From contig JANQOZ010000102.1 of the NCBI GenBank assembly GCA_028285525.1, positions 21,888 through 85,887 of the forward strand: DNA of 64,000 nucleotides. The letters are read 5' to 3'. Origin of the DNA: Lysobacterales bacterium (lineage in GTDB: Bacteria > Pseudomonadota > Gammaproteobacteria > Xanthomonadales > SZUA-38). The notes beneath the pieces were generated by a model. The model did not search any database. It had not been told where the DNA came from and was given only the letters and a program-made list of their open reading frames with translations. The position numbers and the translations under genes were made by a program. This document shows, in pieces, positions 15,802 to 27,800 of the stretch. Within the stretch, counting starts at the first letter, position 1; the number at the start of each line of letters is the position of its first letter.

Positions 15802-18800
15802 CTAAGCCCTAATCGCTAAAGAGATAAGAATCGCTTTTGCAGCCGCTGCTGCCGTCCAGGTAGTACAATTTCGAACCAAAAGGTTGTACTGAATAGAACA
15901 CGAATCGCTGCTTCCAACTACGGTGGAATGCCAAATTAGCCATTGAACGAAGCTAAGTCTTGCCACACGTTTTTTTATGCCTCTTATTGACGACCTAATC
16001 GCCGGCCGGGCCCTAACGACACCATCGAACACCGAAAATGGCCTGCTATTTACAGTAGCTTTATTGGTGTTTAGTAAACCAACGTCGTAGCGAATTCCTT
16101 CGGGTCGAGGAAATCGCTCAACATAGATAAAAGTGTGCCAGTTTGGGCGGAAGCTTTGAACAACAAAAACGTTAAGATTTCTCTTCTTAAAGGTGTTTCG
16201 GACGAATCGGCTAGCTCCAAATCGTAGACCGGTACCCAACGTTACGTTGGTTGAGAGTGTAGCTAAACCAAAGTAGCCGCTTGGATCAACAAACAAAACC
16301 GGGTCGTTGTTGGCGTAGCTATACTTATGCAATGTCGCAGGAAGTTGAGGATGGCCAACAAACTTATCGCTGGAATAAAATCTACCTAACGATGGACTCA
16401 AGTAGCGAGCACGCAGGTAGTAACCACCTAAATCTTGATCAAAGTGTTCGCCCGTATACCTAAATGAGTTAACTTGACTTTCGTTAGACGACTCCTCAGT
16501 CCCAAACGCCTCATAGACGTACTCGTTCACTTCAATGCCGTTATTTGCCGTGACTAGTCTGGTGCTCCCCAACCCGTCGTAGTGATAGAATCCGGTCTTC
16601 CCATCGGCGATCCGCTGCTGCGAAATCAAATCGTCCCCATGGGTATAAACGACACCTACCCCCCCTGCACCATCACGCTCCTCAATGACCTGTGCGTAGT
16701 CCCGATTGGGATCAACAAGGAATCGAGTTGTCACCCCGCCCACAGTCTGGCTCTGCCGAATCCCGTTCTCGTCATAGGTATACGAGACATTCGAAGCGTT
16801 AGTCGCCCCAACCAGCCGATCTTCAAAATCCCACTGATAGGTCACTTCCGTTACGCCATTGACCCGCTTCTGCTGCGTGTTGCCATTTGCGTCGTAGATG
16901 TAGGTGTTAACGTCGGACCCGCTCGTCTCGGTAAGCAGCTGATCGTTATCGTTGTAGACGTAGGTGGTCACCACGCCGGCGTCATCCTGACTCAGCCGGT
17001 TGCCCACAGAATCGTAAACCCAGGACGTAGTTCGATCCGTGACGTTCGGATCGATCACCGCTTCCTGGGTGAGTCGATTCAGCTCGTCATAGGTGTAGGT
17101 GACCTGGCGCCCGCTGTCTTCCAGGATTTGTGCCCGCGTGCCGTTGTCGTTCAGCACATAGGTGAGACCAAGCAGATTAGTAGCACCAGGCCCAACATGA
17201 TCGATGCCCGTCAGGCGGTTGCGCTCATCGTAGGTGTAGACCGTCTGCGTGCCGTTCGGATACGTCATGCCCGACCGAAGGCCCACGCTGTCGTAGGTGT
17301 AACCAGTGGTTCCGGTATCATCAGTGACGGTGTCCAAACGATTGAGCACGTCATAGGTGTATACAACAGACTGGTTGGCGGTGATCAGCGCCACGCGGTT
17401 GCTCGCCTCGTCGTACTGGTACTCCACTACCGCGCCATCCGGATAGGTGATGCGCGTCAGCCGGTCTCGCTCGTCGTAGTCGTATTCGGTAACGCCGCGG
17501 CTGTCGGTCACCGTGTCGACGCTGCCGTCAGACCGGTAGGTCCATGACCGCGTGCTGAAGTCTTCAAACGTTTCCGTTTCTACCCGGTTGTCGTTGTTGT
17601 AGGTCCAATTGGTAACTGCGCCGTTGAAGTCAACGCGAGTAATGCGGTTGCCGACATCGTCATAGGTAAAGTACTCGGCCTGCCCCAGCGGTAGCGTGCG
17701 AGAAACGACTCTTCCAAGACGGTCATATTCCCAACGAGTAACCCTGCCCAGCGCATCGGTCTGGCTGATCTTGTTGCCCATGCCGTCATAGCCGTACTCG
17801 GTGTGCTGGTTCAGCGCATCGATAACCGCCGTTAGGTTGCCGCGCCCGTCATACTCAAACTGGGTGATGCGGCCGAGCTCATCAGTCTCGCTGATCTTGC
17901 GACCCAGGCCGTCGTAGGCCATAAGCATACGATCGTTGTCGGTGTCGTCACCCGGCGTGTCGTCCGGGAAAATGGTTTCCACCAGCCGCTCAGCCGCGTC
18001 ATACACATAGCGGGTTGTGCGGCTGTTGGCATCGGTCATGGCGACGCGCAATCCGCGATCATCGTATTCAAACGTCGTGACCTGATTGAGCGCGTTGCGC
18101 ACCAGCGTGCGGCGGCCTGCACCGTCGTATTCATACTCGGTGCGGTTGCCACGTTCATCAATGGAGGCAGTTAGCCGGCCGGCCGCGTCGTACTCGTTGG
18201 TAGTACGCGGGTTGTCTGCAAGCCCACTGGTTTCGTCGTCATAGATCGTCTCAAGCAAACGCCCCGCTTCGTCATAGGTCATGTCGGTGCGGTTATTGTT
18301 GCGATCGAACTCGCGAATCAACCGGTTTTCGTTGTCGTAGGTCCGAGAGATGCTATCGGCCGGGCTGGCGAATCGCTGCGAGACCATGTTGCCTTTCGAG
18401 TCGAACGTATAGCCGGCAAAATTCCGGTTTTCGTCAAACTCGGCCGTGACACGGCCGTTGTCGTCGTAGACGGTTTCGGTGAAATTACCGAAGCTATCGG
18501 TGCTGAAGATCCGCCGGTCTTTGTCGTCGTACTCATAGCTGGTTACCGAAATTTCCACCTGGCCGTTGTTGTTGACCCGGCGGCGGGTTTCCGACAGCAC
18601 GTTGTTGTTCTGGTCGTAGCTCCACTCCATGACGTTGCCGTCTTGATCTGTCTCCGATAGCCGATTGCCCGAGTTATCGTAGGTGTAGCTGGTAACGCCA
18701 CCTTCAGCATCAGTGATACTGAACAAAAGACCCAGCGACCGACCACCGTTGCCGACTACGAAGTTGGTCTCGTTGCCCAGCGCGTCGGTGCTGCGTCCGA

Positions 18801-21800
18801 TGTTGCCGTTCAGGTCGTAGACGTTGGTCACGACCACGTTGCCCAAGTCGTCGGTCTGCGTGAGCACCTGGCCCCGTGTGTCGTAGGTGTAGGTGGTAGT
18901 TTCACCCTCCGCGTTGGTTTCCGTCAGCTGGTTACCGCGGTTGTCATAGGTCCAGGTGGTGGTATTGCCGAGCGGGTCGGTCTCCGTGAGCTGGTTGTCA
19001 AACTCATCATAAGTTCGACCGATGGTTTCATTGAGCGCATTCGTCTCAAACAACACATTGCCGCGTTCGTCGTACTGATACACCGTGGTGTTGCCCAGGC
19101 GGTCCCTCACCGATTCGGAGCGGGCCGCGATGTCATGGGTCAGCTCGATTCTCCGGTTGGTCGCATCAATGACGGCTACAAGGCGGCCGTCTGCGTCATA
19201 TTCGTTGGTCGAAACTCGCGTGCCACGCAGATCATCGAGATTCTCCAGGTAGTGGCCCGGCAGATAGGTGTATTCCGCCACGCTATTGATCTGGTCAGTC
19301 ATCGACACCAGGTCGCCGTTACCGTCGTACTCGTAGCGCAACGAAGTGCCGTTCGGCAGAACCATCTCGCTGATGCGGCCCTCGACATCTCGCACGAAGT
19401 CGATCTGCTTGCCGGCGGAATGAAAAATGCCGCTATCGGTGTAAGTCAGCGTATTACCGTTGTTGTCGATCACCTGGCGAATGCCGAATGATTCGTCCAG
19501 CTCGTAGATGAATCCTTCCTGGGTGGTGAGGCGGTAAAACTTAGGATCAACCGGCTCGTCTGGCGCGCCAAGATCAACTAGATCGCCGCTAAGCACCCGC
19601 AGCGGACCAAAAGAAGCCTGCTCGAGCTCAGAGGTCGTATCACCAAGCGGCTCGAACCCTAAGAAGAAGAACGGATCGCTGATGAAGTCGAGATTGGACT
19701 TACACTCGGGATCAGCTACCGCCCGGAAGCGATGCGTTTCGCCATCTGGTAAACGGATGTTGACGTAGTTATCACCGTTGCTTTTGGCACAGGTCTGGCC
19801 AAAGGAACCGCCCTGCTCTTCGATAAACCAGAACTGGCCGGGCGCACGCGACTCGGTGAGCCGCATGTTCTGGTAGTCGACCGACCAGCCGTAGCCGAAA
19901 TCGAGGTTTTCATTGCGCTGACGTGTGTCATAGGTACGAGTCACCTGCAGCGGAATCCCGACCATGTCGATGGACACGTCTTCCAACGTGATAGAAAAGT
20001 GGCCGACCTTCATGTTGCCATCGACCTCGATTGCGATTGAATCGCTGGCCATATTGCCACCCAAATCCGTGGCCTCCAGCACCAGCGAGTAGGCTCCGTT
20101 CATCAACATTGTCGGATCAAAGTCCCCGAGGCTGATGCCAGTGCCTTCGTTGCTGCCACTGGCAATTTCCTGCACAACTGGTCGCGTGCCGCCCTGCTGG
20201 AGGAATACGCGCCAAATAGCGAGGTTGTCGTCAAGCACATCGCCGATCATCGGCGTGGGCGCCGTAACCACGTCCCCTTCCACCGGCGCGGTCAGCGCGA
20301 CAAGGGGCGGCGTCACATCGGACGGATCAATAACGATGAGATCTCGCTGATCATTCACCGTATCGCGCTGATCCACCGCGGTGCCAACAAAGCTACGTAA
20401 ACCCGGCGCGCCGGAATCCACCATCGCGCGGCCGCTAGCGTCGAGCGGTATGCTCGCGCCGTCCATGGTGAGGCTAAGCATGTAAGGACCGGCTGCGCCG
20501 GTGGCCACAACGCCAACCTCAACCATCGTATTGGGCTGCACAGCCGTGTCGGCCAGCTCAACCGCCACCTGCAGCGGTTGGTTGGACGGCGCAACCGTGA
20601 TGTTCCAGCTGCCGGGCACGGTGTACGTGCCGTCGCTCACGGTGAACTCAATGGTGTGGAATCCAACGGTTGAGTTCGACGGGCTATAGAACACCGCTCC
20701 CGTCGATGGATTGATCGATACCACGTTGAGGCCGGACACCTTGGTAAAGGTCAGCGGATCGCCGTCAGCATCTGTCGCAACAATCTGGTCGTTATAAACC
20801 ACCGACACCCTCGCCTGGTCTGAAGGCAGCTGGTTAATCACTGGCGGCGAGTTGATAGTTGCCCCCACAGTGATGGCGAAGTCCTGCACGCCCTGGCCGC
20901 CCAGTCCGTCGTTGACTAACACGCTCACCATCGGTTGGCCTTCGTCCGCAGCAGTAGGCGTCCAGCTGATGACGCCACTGTTGGCGTCAATCGTCATGCC
21001 CGCCGGCGCTGTCCCGAGGGAGAACGTGAGCGGGTCGCCGTCCGGATCGGTTGCCTCGACGTCGTAGCTGTAGGGCGAATCAAAGGCCGCCACGATCTCA
21101 GGCTGTGACGTAATGGTTGGTGCGGCGTTGTTCATCGCCACCACCGTTAGATCGACCCGCTCGGACGCCACGCGCCCTGTCAAGTCCCGAGCCTGGATAA
21201 AGAAAGTATAGGAACCCAGATCGTCGATCGTCGGCGTCCAACGTATCTGCCCCATCTCCTGATTCCAGCTCATGTCGCTGGGTAAGTTGTTGCCCGTTAC
21301 GTTCACTCGTAGGCCATCGCCAATGTTGGGATCGACTAGGTCGATGTCGTAGACGTAGGTGGAACCAACGGCAACGACGGATGGCGATTCGGAAGCGATA
21401 CTCGCCACGAGCTGGTTTTCCAACAGACCCGGCAGGAACAGGCGGCGGTCGCCGCGATTGGGGCCGTCAAACACCTCCAGCTCGTAGACGGGTGTCATCA
21501 CTCGATTGTTGCGGGTTTCGCATTCGATTTCGCTTGTGACCAGCTGCACAGCGATGTCCCCGCTCACCTGTTGACGGGTCAACCCTCCTAGCATCACCGT
21601 TGCGGACTGAGTGCTGCGCAAACCAGAAACCACTTGAGTACCAAGCAGCACCGCACTGGGTGAATCCGGATCACCGCGGTAGAACTCCACCGTGACAGCA
21701 CTGGCCACGTCGGCAGGGCCGCGATTGGTGAGCTTCGCTGTAATCTCATAACCTGCGCCAACGGAATCGGCTCGAAGCTTGCCGATCCACAGGTCGGGCA

Positions 21801-24800
21801 GTAGGGCGTCGACGTCGCGCGCTGGTATCGCAATGTTCACCTCATTGCTGGTGGTAACCAAACCGAAGGATGGGGTCGATACCGGTCCACTCACCCAGCC
21901 TGTGCCGCGCGGCTCCATGGCTTTGGTAAAAATGCTGCTGCTGTTGCTGTCGGCGCCGGCAAGAATCTCGACGCTGCCGTCGCGGTCGATGTCAGCCAGG
22001 GCGAGCCCGCCATAGCGTGCGTCGAGGTCAAAAAAGCCACCCTCGCTGTACCACTCAAGACCCGACAATACGTCGACTATCTCAATGGTGGTGCCGTTAC
22101 GAAGCCGAATTACCTCATACAGGCCGTCGCCGTTGAAGTCTCCAACGACCACCCGGAGAAAGTCGGTGTTGATCCCGAGCGCGTCCTCTTCCTGCGCCAG
22201 CGCCTCGCCGGTCTCGCTCAAGCGCAGGCCGTCATTGGGCGCGTAAATCTCAAGCCGGCCGTCGTGGTCGAAGTCGGCGACAACAGGCAGGCTGGCGTCC
22301 TCCATCGGCACGGGTCCCCACTTGACGCTGCCGCCCGCCTCAAACACCCATAGCGAGTGGGATAGACCATCAAACACGCTGGCAATAATGTCTGTAGAAC
22401 CGTCCTGATCGAGGTCCGACGCCACGAACTGGGCGACCGGATTGGTGCCGCCGACAGCGGTATTAATTGACCAGCGCAAGCTGCCGTCAGCGTTGCGAAT
22501 TTCGCTGCCAAACAGCACTTCATACTGACCATCACCCTCCAGATCAGCGATCCACGGCAGAGCTTCCACCACCGGGCTGGAAACAGCCGTATTAAACTGC
22601 CAAAGGAGGTTGCCCGTACCGTCAAGCACGCTGGGCCCAACCACGATCTCAACAGCACCATCGCCGTTGAGATCAAACACTTCGATAGCGGTGCGGGTTT
22701 CATCGAAGTTGCCGGGCAACACTGGCGTTACACTTTCCCAAAGCAGGTCACCAAGATTGCTGTAGGCATACAGGTGGCGCTCGCCGGTCGCGGCATCGTT
22801 AGCCACGAGCACCTCCGGCACATTGTCACCGTCAATGTCCGCAATGGCGGCGCCGACATCGATAGTAGCAGCGCCGGAAACCCGCCACAGGAACGTCCCT
22901 GTGGCGGCATCCAGGGCCGTCAGATCTGGACCTATGCCGATGATCGCCTGGTCGTCTGCCGTATTAATTGCTCCGTTGCCGTCGGTATCGGTTAGGGGCG
23001 CTACTTGAACCAGCTTTAGGTCTTCGGTACTGGTCCAGACCGACTTAACGTTCAGTGCCGACCGATCGGTAAGGGGCGCGCGGCAATAGGGGTTGAAAAC
23101 CTCAAGGGCTTCTCGCACCAGGTTGATTTCACCGCCAACCGTATTGTTGAGCCCAGACTGCAACAGCCATTGATTGTCGGGCCCCGAATTGGTCACCGTG
23201 GCGCGGGGTGGTGCCTCAATAATCGCTAGCTGGTTGGTGTCGACGTTGCCGCCAATAGCCCGCACGGTGAAGGTGGGCGCAAAGGATTCGGTTTCTTCCG
23301 GCGTGATCTCACTGAACACGGGAGCATAGTTCACCAGAAGCTCGTAGTTTTGCACCCCCTGGTTCCCGAAGGGATCGGTCGCCGACACTGAGATCGCGTG
23401 GAGCGTTGAGACGCGGTCCTGCGGCACAGTGGGTGTCCAAGATAGCGTGCCACTTGCCCCATCGACGGTAACACCAGCCGGCCCCGACACCAGACCGTAG
23501 GTAATCGCATCGCCGTTCGGGTCAAACGCATCGATCGTGTACGCGTGCGTCGCCTCATTCAACTCCAGTGGTGGTAGCGAGATGATGATCGGTGCCGCCT
23601 GGGTACCTGCCGGGAGCGCTTCCCAGGTGACGTTCGCTGATTCGATCGCGGGCCCGGAAACAAAGGTTGCGGTTTCTGTTCCGGCGTCAATACCGATGTA
23701 GCAGTAGTTGGCTGTACCTGTATCGTTCGTCGCAATTGACTGGCGAATGGTTCGTGCGCCGCTCACGCGCACGTCGATACGAGCAAACGGAACAGCGTAA
23801 TCCAGGCCGTTTTTGGTGGTGATCGTGAAGCAGGCGTTTGCCCCTACGGTCTGAGTCTGGTTCAGCGGGGTTACTTCAAGACGATTCACCGGCGGCAGGT
23901 CACCCAAAATAGCGTTACCGTTGGTGCCGTAAGACTCAGCCGGCCCCCAGCCATAGATGGTGATCCCAAATTTCTCGGCCGCCGACATCGTGTGCGTGCC
24001 AAAGGAAACTTCGATGGCCCCACCTAGGTATCCCGTATCCTCAATCGGCACCAACGTGCTGATGTCCGCAGGCTGGCCGTCAAGCACTAAAGAGGCTGCC
24101 GCCGTATCCGGAATAATCACGTTGACGTAGTGGGAATTCAGTCGATCGGTTCCCGCCGTTGTAAAGATGTACTCGTCGAGGTAGGCGGTGGTTGGCGGCA
24201 ACAGCACCATGAACGGATCGGCGTCACTGTTACCGGGTTCTGTAGCCCCTCGCTCCACAGCGTCAAACGCCTGACCGGTTGCGATCTGAGCCGCATGGAT
24301 GGGCGCTGTGGAGGTAATCTCCGCCACCCCATCAATCACGCGATCAACAAACTCAAGGGCGTCCAGATACGCGGTTTCGACACCATTAACCCGAACGACC
24401 GTATCATCGGTGGTGGCGACAAAGCGGAACAGGTCACCGTTAAAGCGAGTGGCGAAGGGTACGGACAAAAAGCGCGTGGCCAGCTGATCATCGCCCGGCA
24501 CCTGCTCGATCAAGTGGTCACAGGAGATGGTTTCTTCGTTCGGAACGTTCGCGCAGATTGCGCCAGCAAAGACTCCAATCGGCCGGCTCGAACGAAGCGT
24601 GGTGCCGGTAACAAAGCGGGCTCGGGAGCCAGGAGTGTTGGTCCAGACGTCGCCCTGTTGAAGCGTGATGTTGAACGGCGCCTGATTAAAGGTTCCGTTA
24701 CCAACCATCTGAGTGACACCGGGTCCAGGAGTCACGGTGACCAGTGTGTTGTCTTCGGTTGCAACAATGCCGAACGCGCCTAGCTGCAGCGAGTGAAACG

Positions 24801-27800
24801 CCGGAATGGTGTAATCGCTCGCCAGTACGTTCGTAGGGTAAACCTGGGCCGCATCGGTCGAGGCCGTCCGCTCGTTGAAGGCCATGACGGTAATCGGCGC
24901 ATCAGCGCCGACGTTCACGCCCACTGGATCAGGCGTTCCGTTGGTTCGGGTAACCACCGAAATTGGCAGCTCGATGCGCTCCAATCCACCCGCAGGAATC
25001 GTGAAAGGAATATCGATCGCCAGACTGGCCACGGAAATCGTGCCGCTCGCACCACCCGGCGCAGCAATTGACAGCGCCGGAACAGCAGGCGGGCCTGGGT
25101 CGATGTCATTCCGCAAGAACGTCAGCCAGAAGTCGGTGCCAAGGTAGCTGCGGTTAATCGTGGAGCCGGGTACCGTCACGACGTAGTCCTGCTCGGCGAA
25201 CGCGCCTTGCGGGTCGCTCGCTCTAACCCGCACATCCACTGCACCGAGCGTGTCCGAGAGGGGTACCCACGAAATGAGACCCGTCGCTGAGTCGATGCTC
25301 ATGCCCTGCGGGGCAATGACCAGCGAGTACGTCAGGCTGTCGCCGTCCGCGTCGCTCGCGTCCACGTCATAGGCGTAGGCTGCGCCTTCAGCCGCATCAA
25401 GCACCGGCGTCGAGATAATCTCGGGCGCCGAGTTGTTAACCTGGACGTCGAGGTTCACCACGGCGGCTGCCGAGTCCGCCTGCCCGTCACTGACCTGGAA
25501 GGTGAAAGAGTCGGGCCCCGAAAAGCCGCTATTGCGGGTGTAGGTCAGGTTGGGTGCCGTGCCCGTGAGCGTTCCACCCGCGGGAGAGACGACCACCTGA
25601 TAGGTGAGTGGATCACCGTCGACGTCCGATCCGGTGAGTGTCAGCGCAAGGCTCGCCTCAGTAACCACCAAACTCTGCGGGTCGGCGACCGGCGTATCGT
25701 TTTGCGCCGAAATCTGGACGGTAACGGTTGCCGGATCAGATTCGGCGATGCCGTCACTGACCGTGAAGCGGAACGTATCCTCGCCATTTTCATCTGCGTT
25801 TGGCAGATAGGTGAGGTTAGGCGGCGTACCGCTGAGCGTCCCTCGGAGCGGGGCCTGAGTAACGGCAAAGGATATGACGTCGCCATCGGGGTCCGTTCCC
25901 GCCAGCGTCAGCGCTACGGCAACGTCTTCGTTGGTACTAACAGAAAGGTCCTCAGCCGTCGGCGGGTCGTTGATCGGTTCAACCACCAGAGTGATGGTTG
26001 CAAGGTTGGAGTCTGCGGCCCCATCGTTAGCCACAAAGGTGAGCGAATCGGTGCCGCTAAATCCGGCGCTCGGCGTGTAGTCATAGTCTGATCCCCCGCC
26101 GACCAGAGTGCCGTTCGCCGGTGCGTCAACGATCGCGAAGGTCAGAAGGTCACCATCAGCATCGCTAGCGGTTAAGCGCACCATGGCAGTCGTATCTTCG
26201 GCCAGGTTAATCAAGTCGTCCTGCGCCAGCGGCAGGTCGTTGACTGCGGTAACCGTTAGCGTAACCGTGGCTCCCATTGAGCTGACGATTCCGTCAAACG
26301 CCTGGTAGGTAAACGAGTCGACACCGTTGAAATCCGGGTCAGGCGTATAAGTGAGATTTGGGCTTGTACCCGTCAATTCACCGTGTTCCGGCTGCGACGT
26401 GAGTGCGAACGTCAGCGCATCACCATCTTCATCGCTAGCGGACAAAACCACCGGCACCGACTCGTCTTCATTCAGCGTCTGGGCAATATCAACGGCGATC
26501 GGCGGGTCGTTCACCGCGTTGACGACAATCGACACCAACGCCGGAACTGAGTCACTGAGGCCGTCATTGGCCACAAAAGAAAAGCTGTCCGAGCCGCTAA
26601 AACCCGGATTGGGGGTGTAGATGAAGTCTGGACCATTCCCCGAAACCACTCCGTGGCTCGGCGGCGTAGACACGACAAAACTGAGCGATGCTGACTCCAC
26701 GTCGCTCGCGCTGACGCTCACCACAACGCTTGAGTCCTCTTCCACCACCGCCGATGCGCCGCTAGCTATCGGGATGTCGTTGACTGCTGAAATGGAAAGC
26801 GAAACGGTTGCTTCATTGGAATTGACGTTTCCGTCGTTTGCGACGTACGCAAAGCTATCAGCGCCGTTGAAATTCGGGTTTGGAGTGTACGTAAATTGCG
26901 GCCCGCTTCCCGAGAGAACGCCGTTCAGCGGTTGCGTAATGACCTGATAGGTCAGCGTATCCCCATCGATATCGTTGGCGATCACCGTGATGTTGGCGGT
27001 GTTGTCTTCTGCCAGAGTAACAACGTCGCTATTCGCCTCGGGCGAGTCATTCACCGGTGCCACATCGAGCGTTACGGTTGCAGCGTTCGAGTTGCTGGTT
27101 CCGTCGTTCGCCCGATAGGTAAAACTGTCACTACCGTTGAAATCCACGTTGGGAACATAGGTGAGATTTGGAGCCGTTCCTGACAAAACACCTGATCCCG
27201 GTGCAGTGAGTATCTCGAAGGTTAGCGGGTCACCTTCAGGGTCCGTAGCCGCCAGCGCTACGGCAGCGTTCGTGTCTTCATCCAGGTTGATCGTTTGATC
27301 AGTTGCGACTGGCGGCGAGCTCGCGCTGCCCACCTCAATCGTGATCGTGGCTACATTGGACGTCGCAGAGCCGTCGCTAACGGTGTAGGTAAAGCTGTCG
27401 GTACCGACAAAGCCAGCGTTGGGCGTATAGATCCGCTGTCCACTCACCTCGCTCACCGTGCCGTTTGCCGGAGCGCTGACTATCGTTACGGTAAGGCTGT
27501 CCCCGTCGACGTCAGTTGCGGTGTCCTCAAGAACGACGGGTACATCAACGTCGGTCGTGTAGGTCGCATCAAACGCAACCGGCGGATCGTTTACTCCACT
27601 GACTTTGAACGTCACGCTTGCGGGATTCGATGTTTGGCTGCCGTCGCTGGCCACGAAGAGGAAATGGTCCTGCCCAAAGAAGTCAGGATCCGGCTGGTAA
27701 GTCAGATTCGGCGGACTGCCAGTGAGGCTTCCGAACATCGGTTCTGATAAAACGGTAAAACTGAGGCTGCCTTGACCACCCGTTCCTGTCAGCGTTACCG

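Noticed and set aside
16582-17547. 321-aa plus-strand ORF, and many other 60-220-aa ORFs on both strands, inside the Rhs gene.
   Set aside because: They lie antisense to or out of frame with a 14-kb ORF that has clear domain content. Their sequences are low-complexity (R/V/G/I-rich), as is typical of shadow frames in GC-rich repeat coding DNA.
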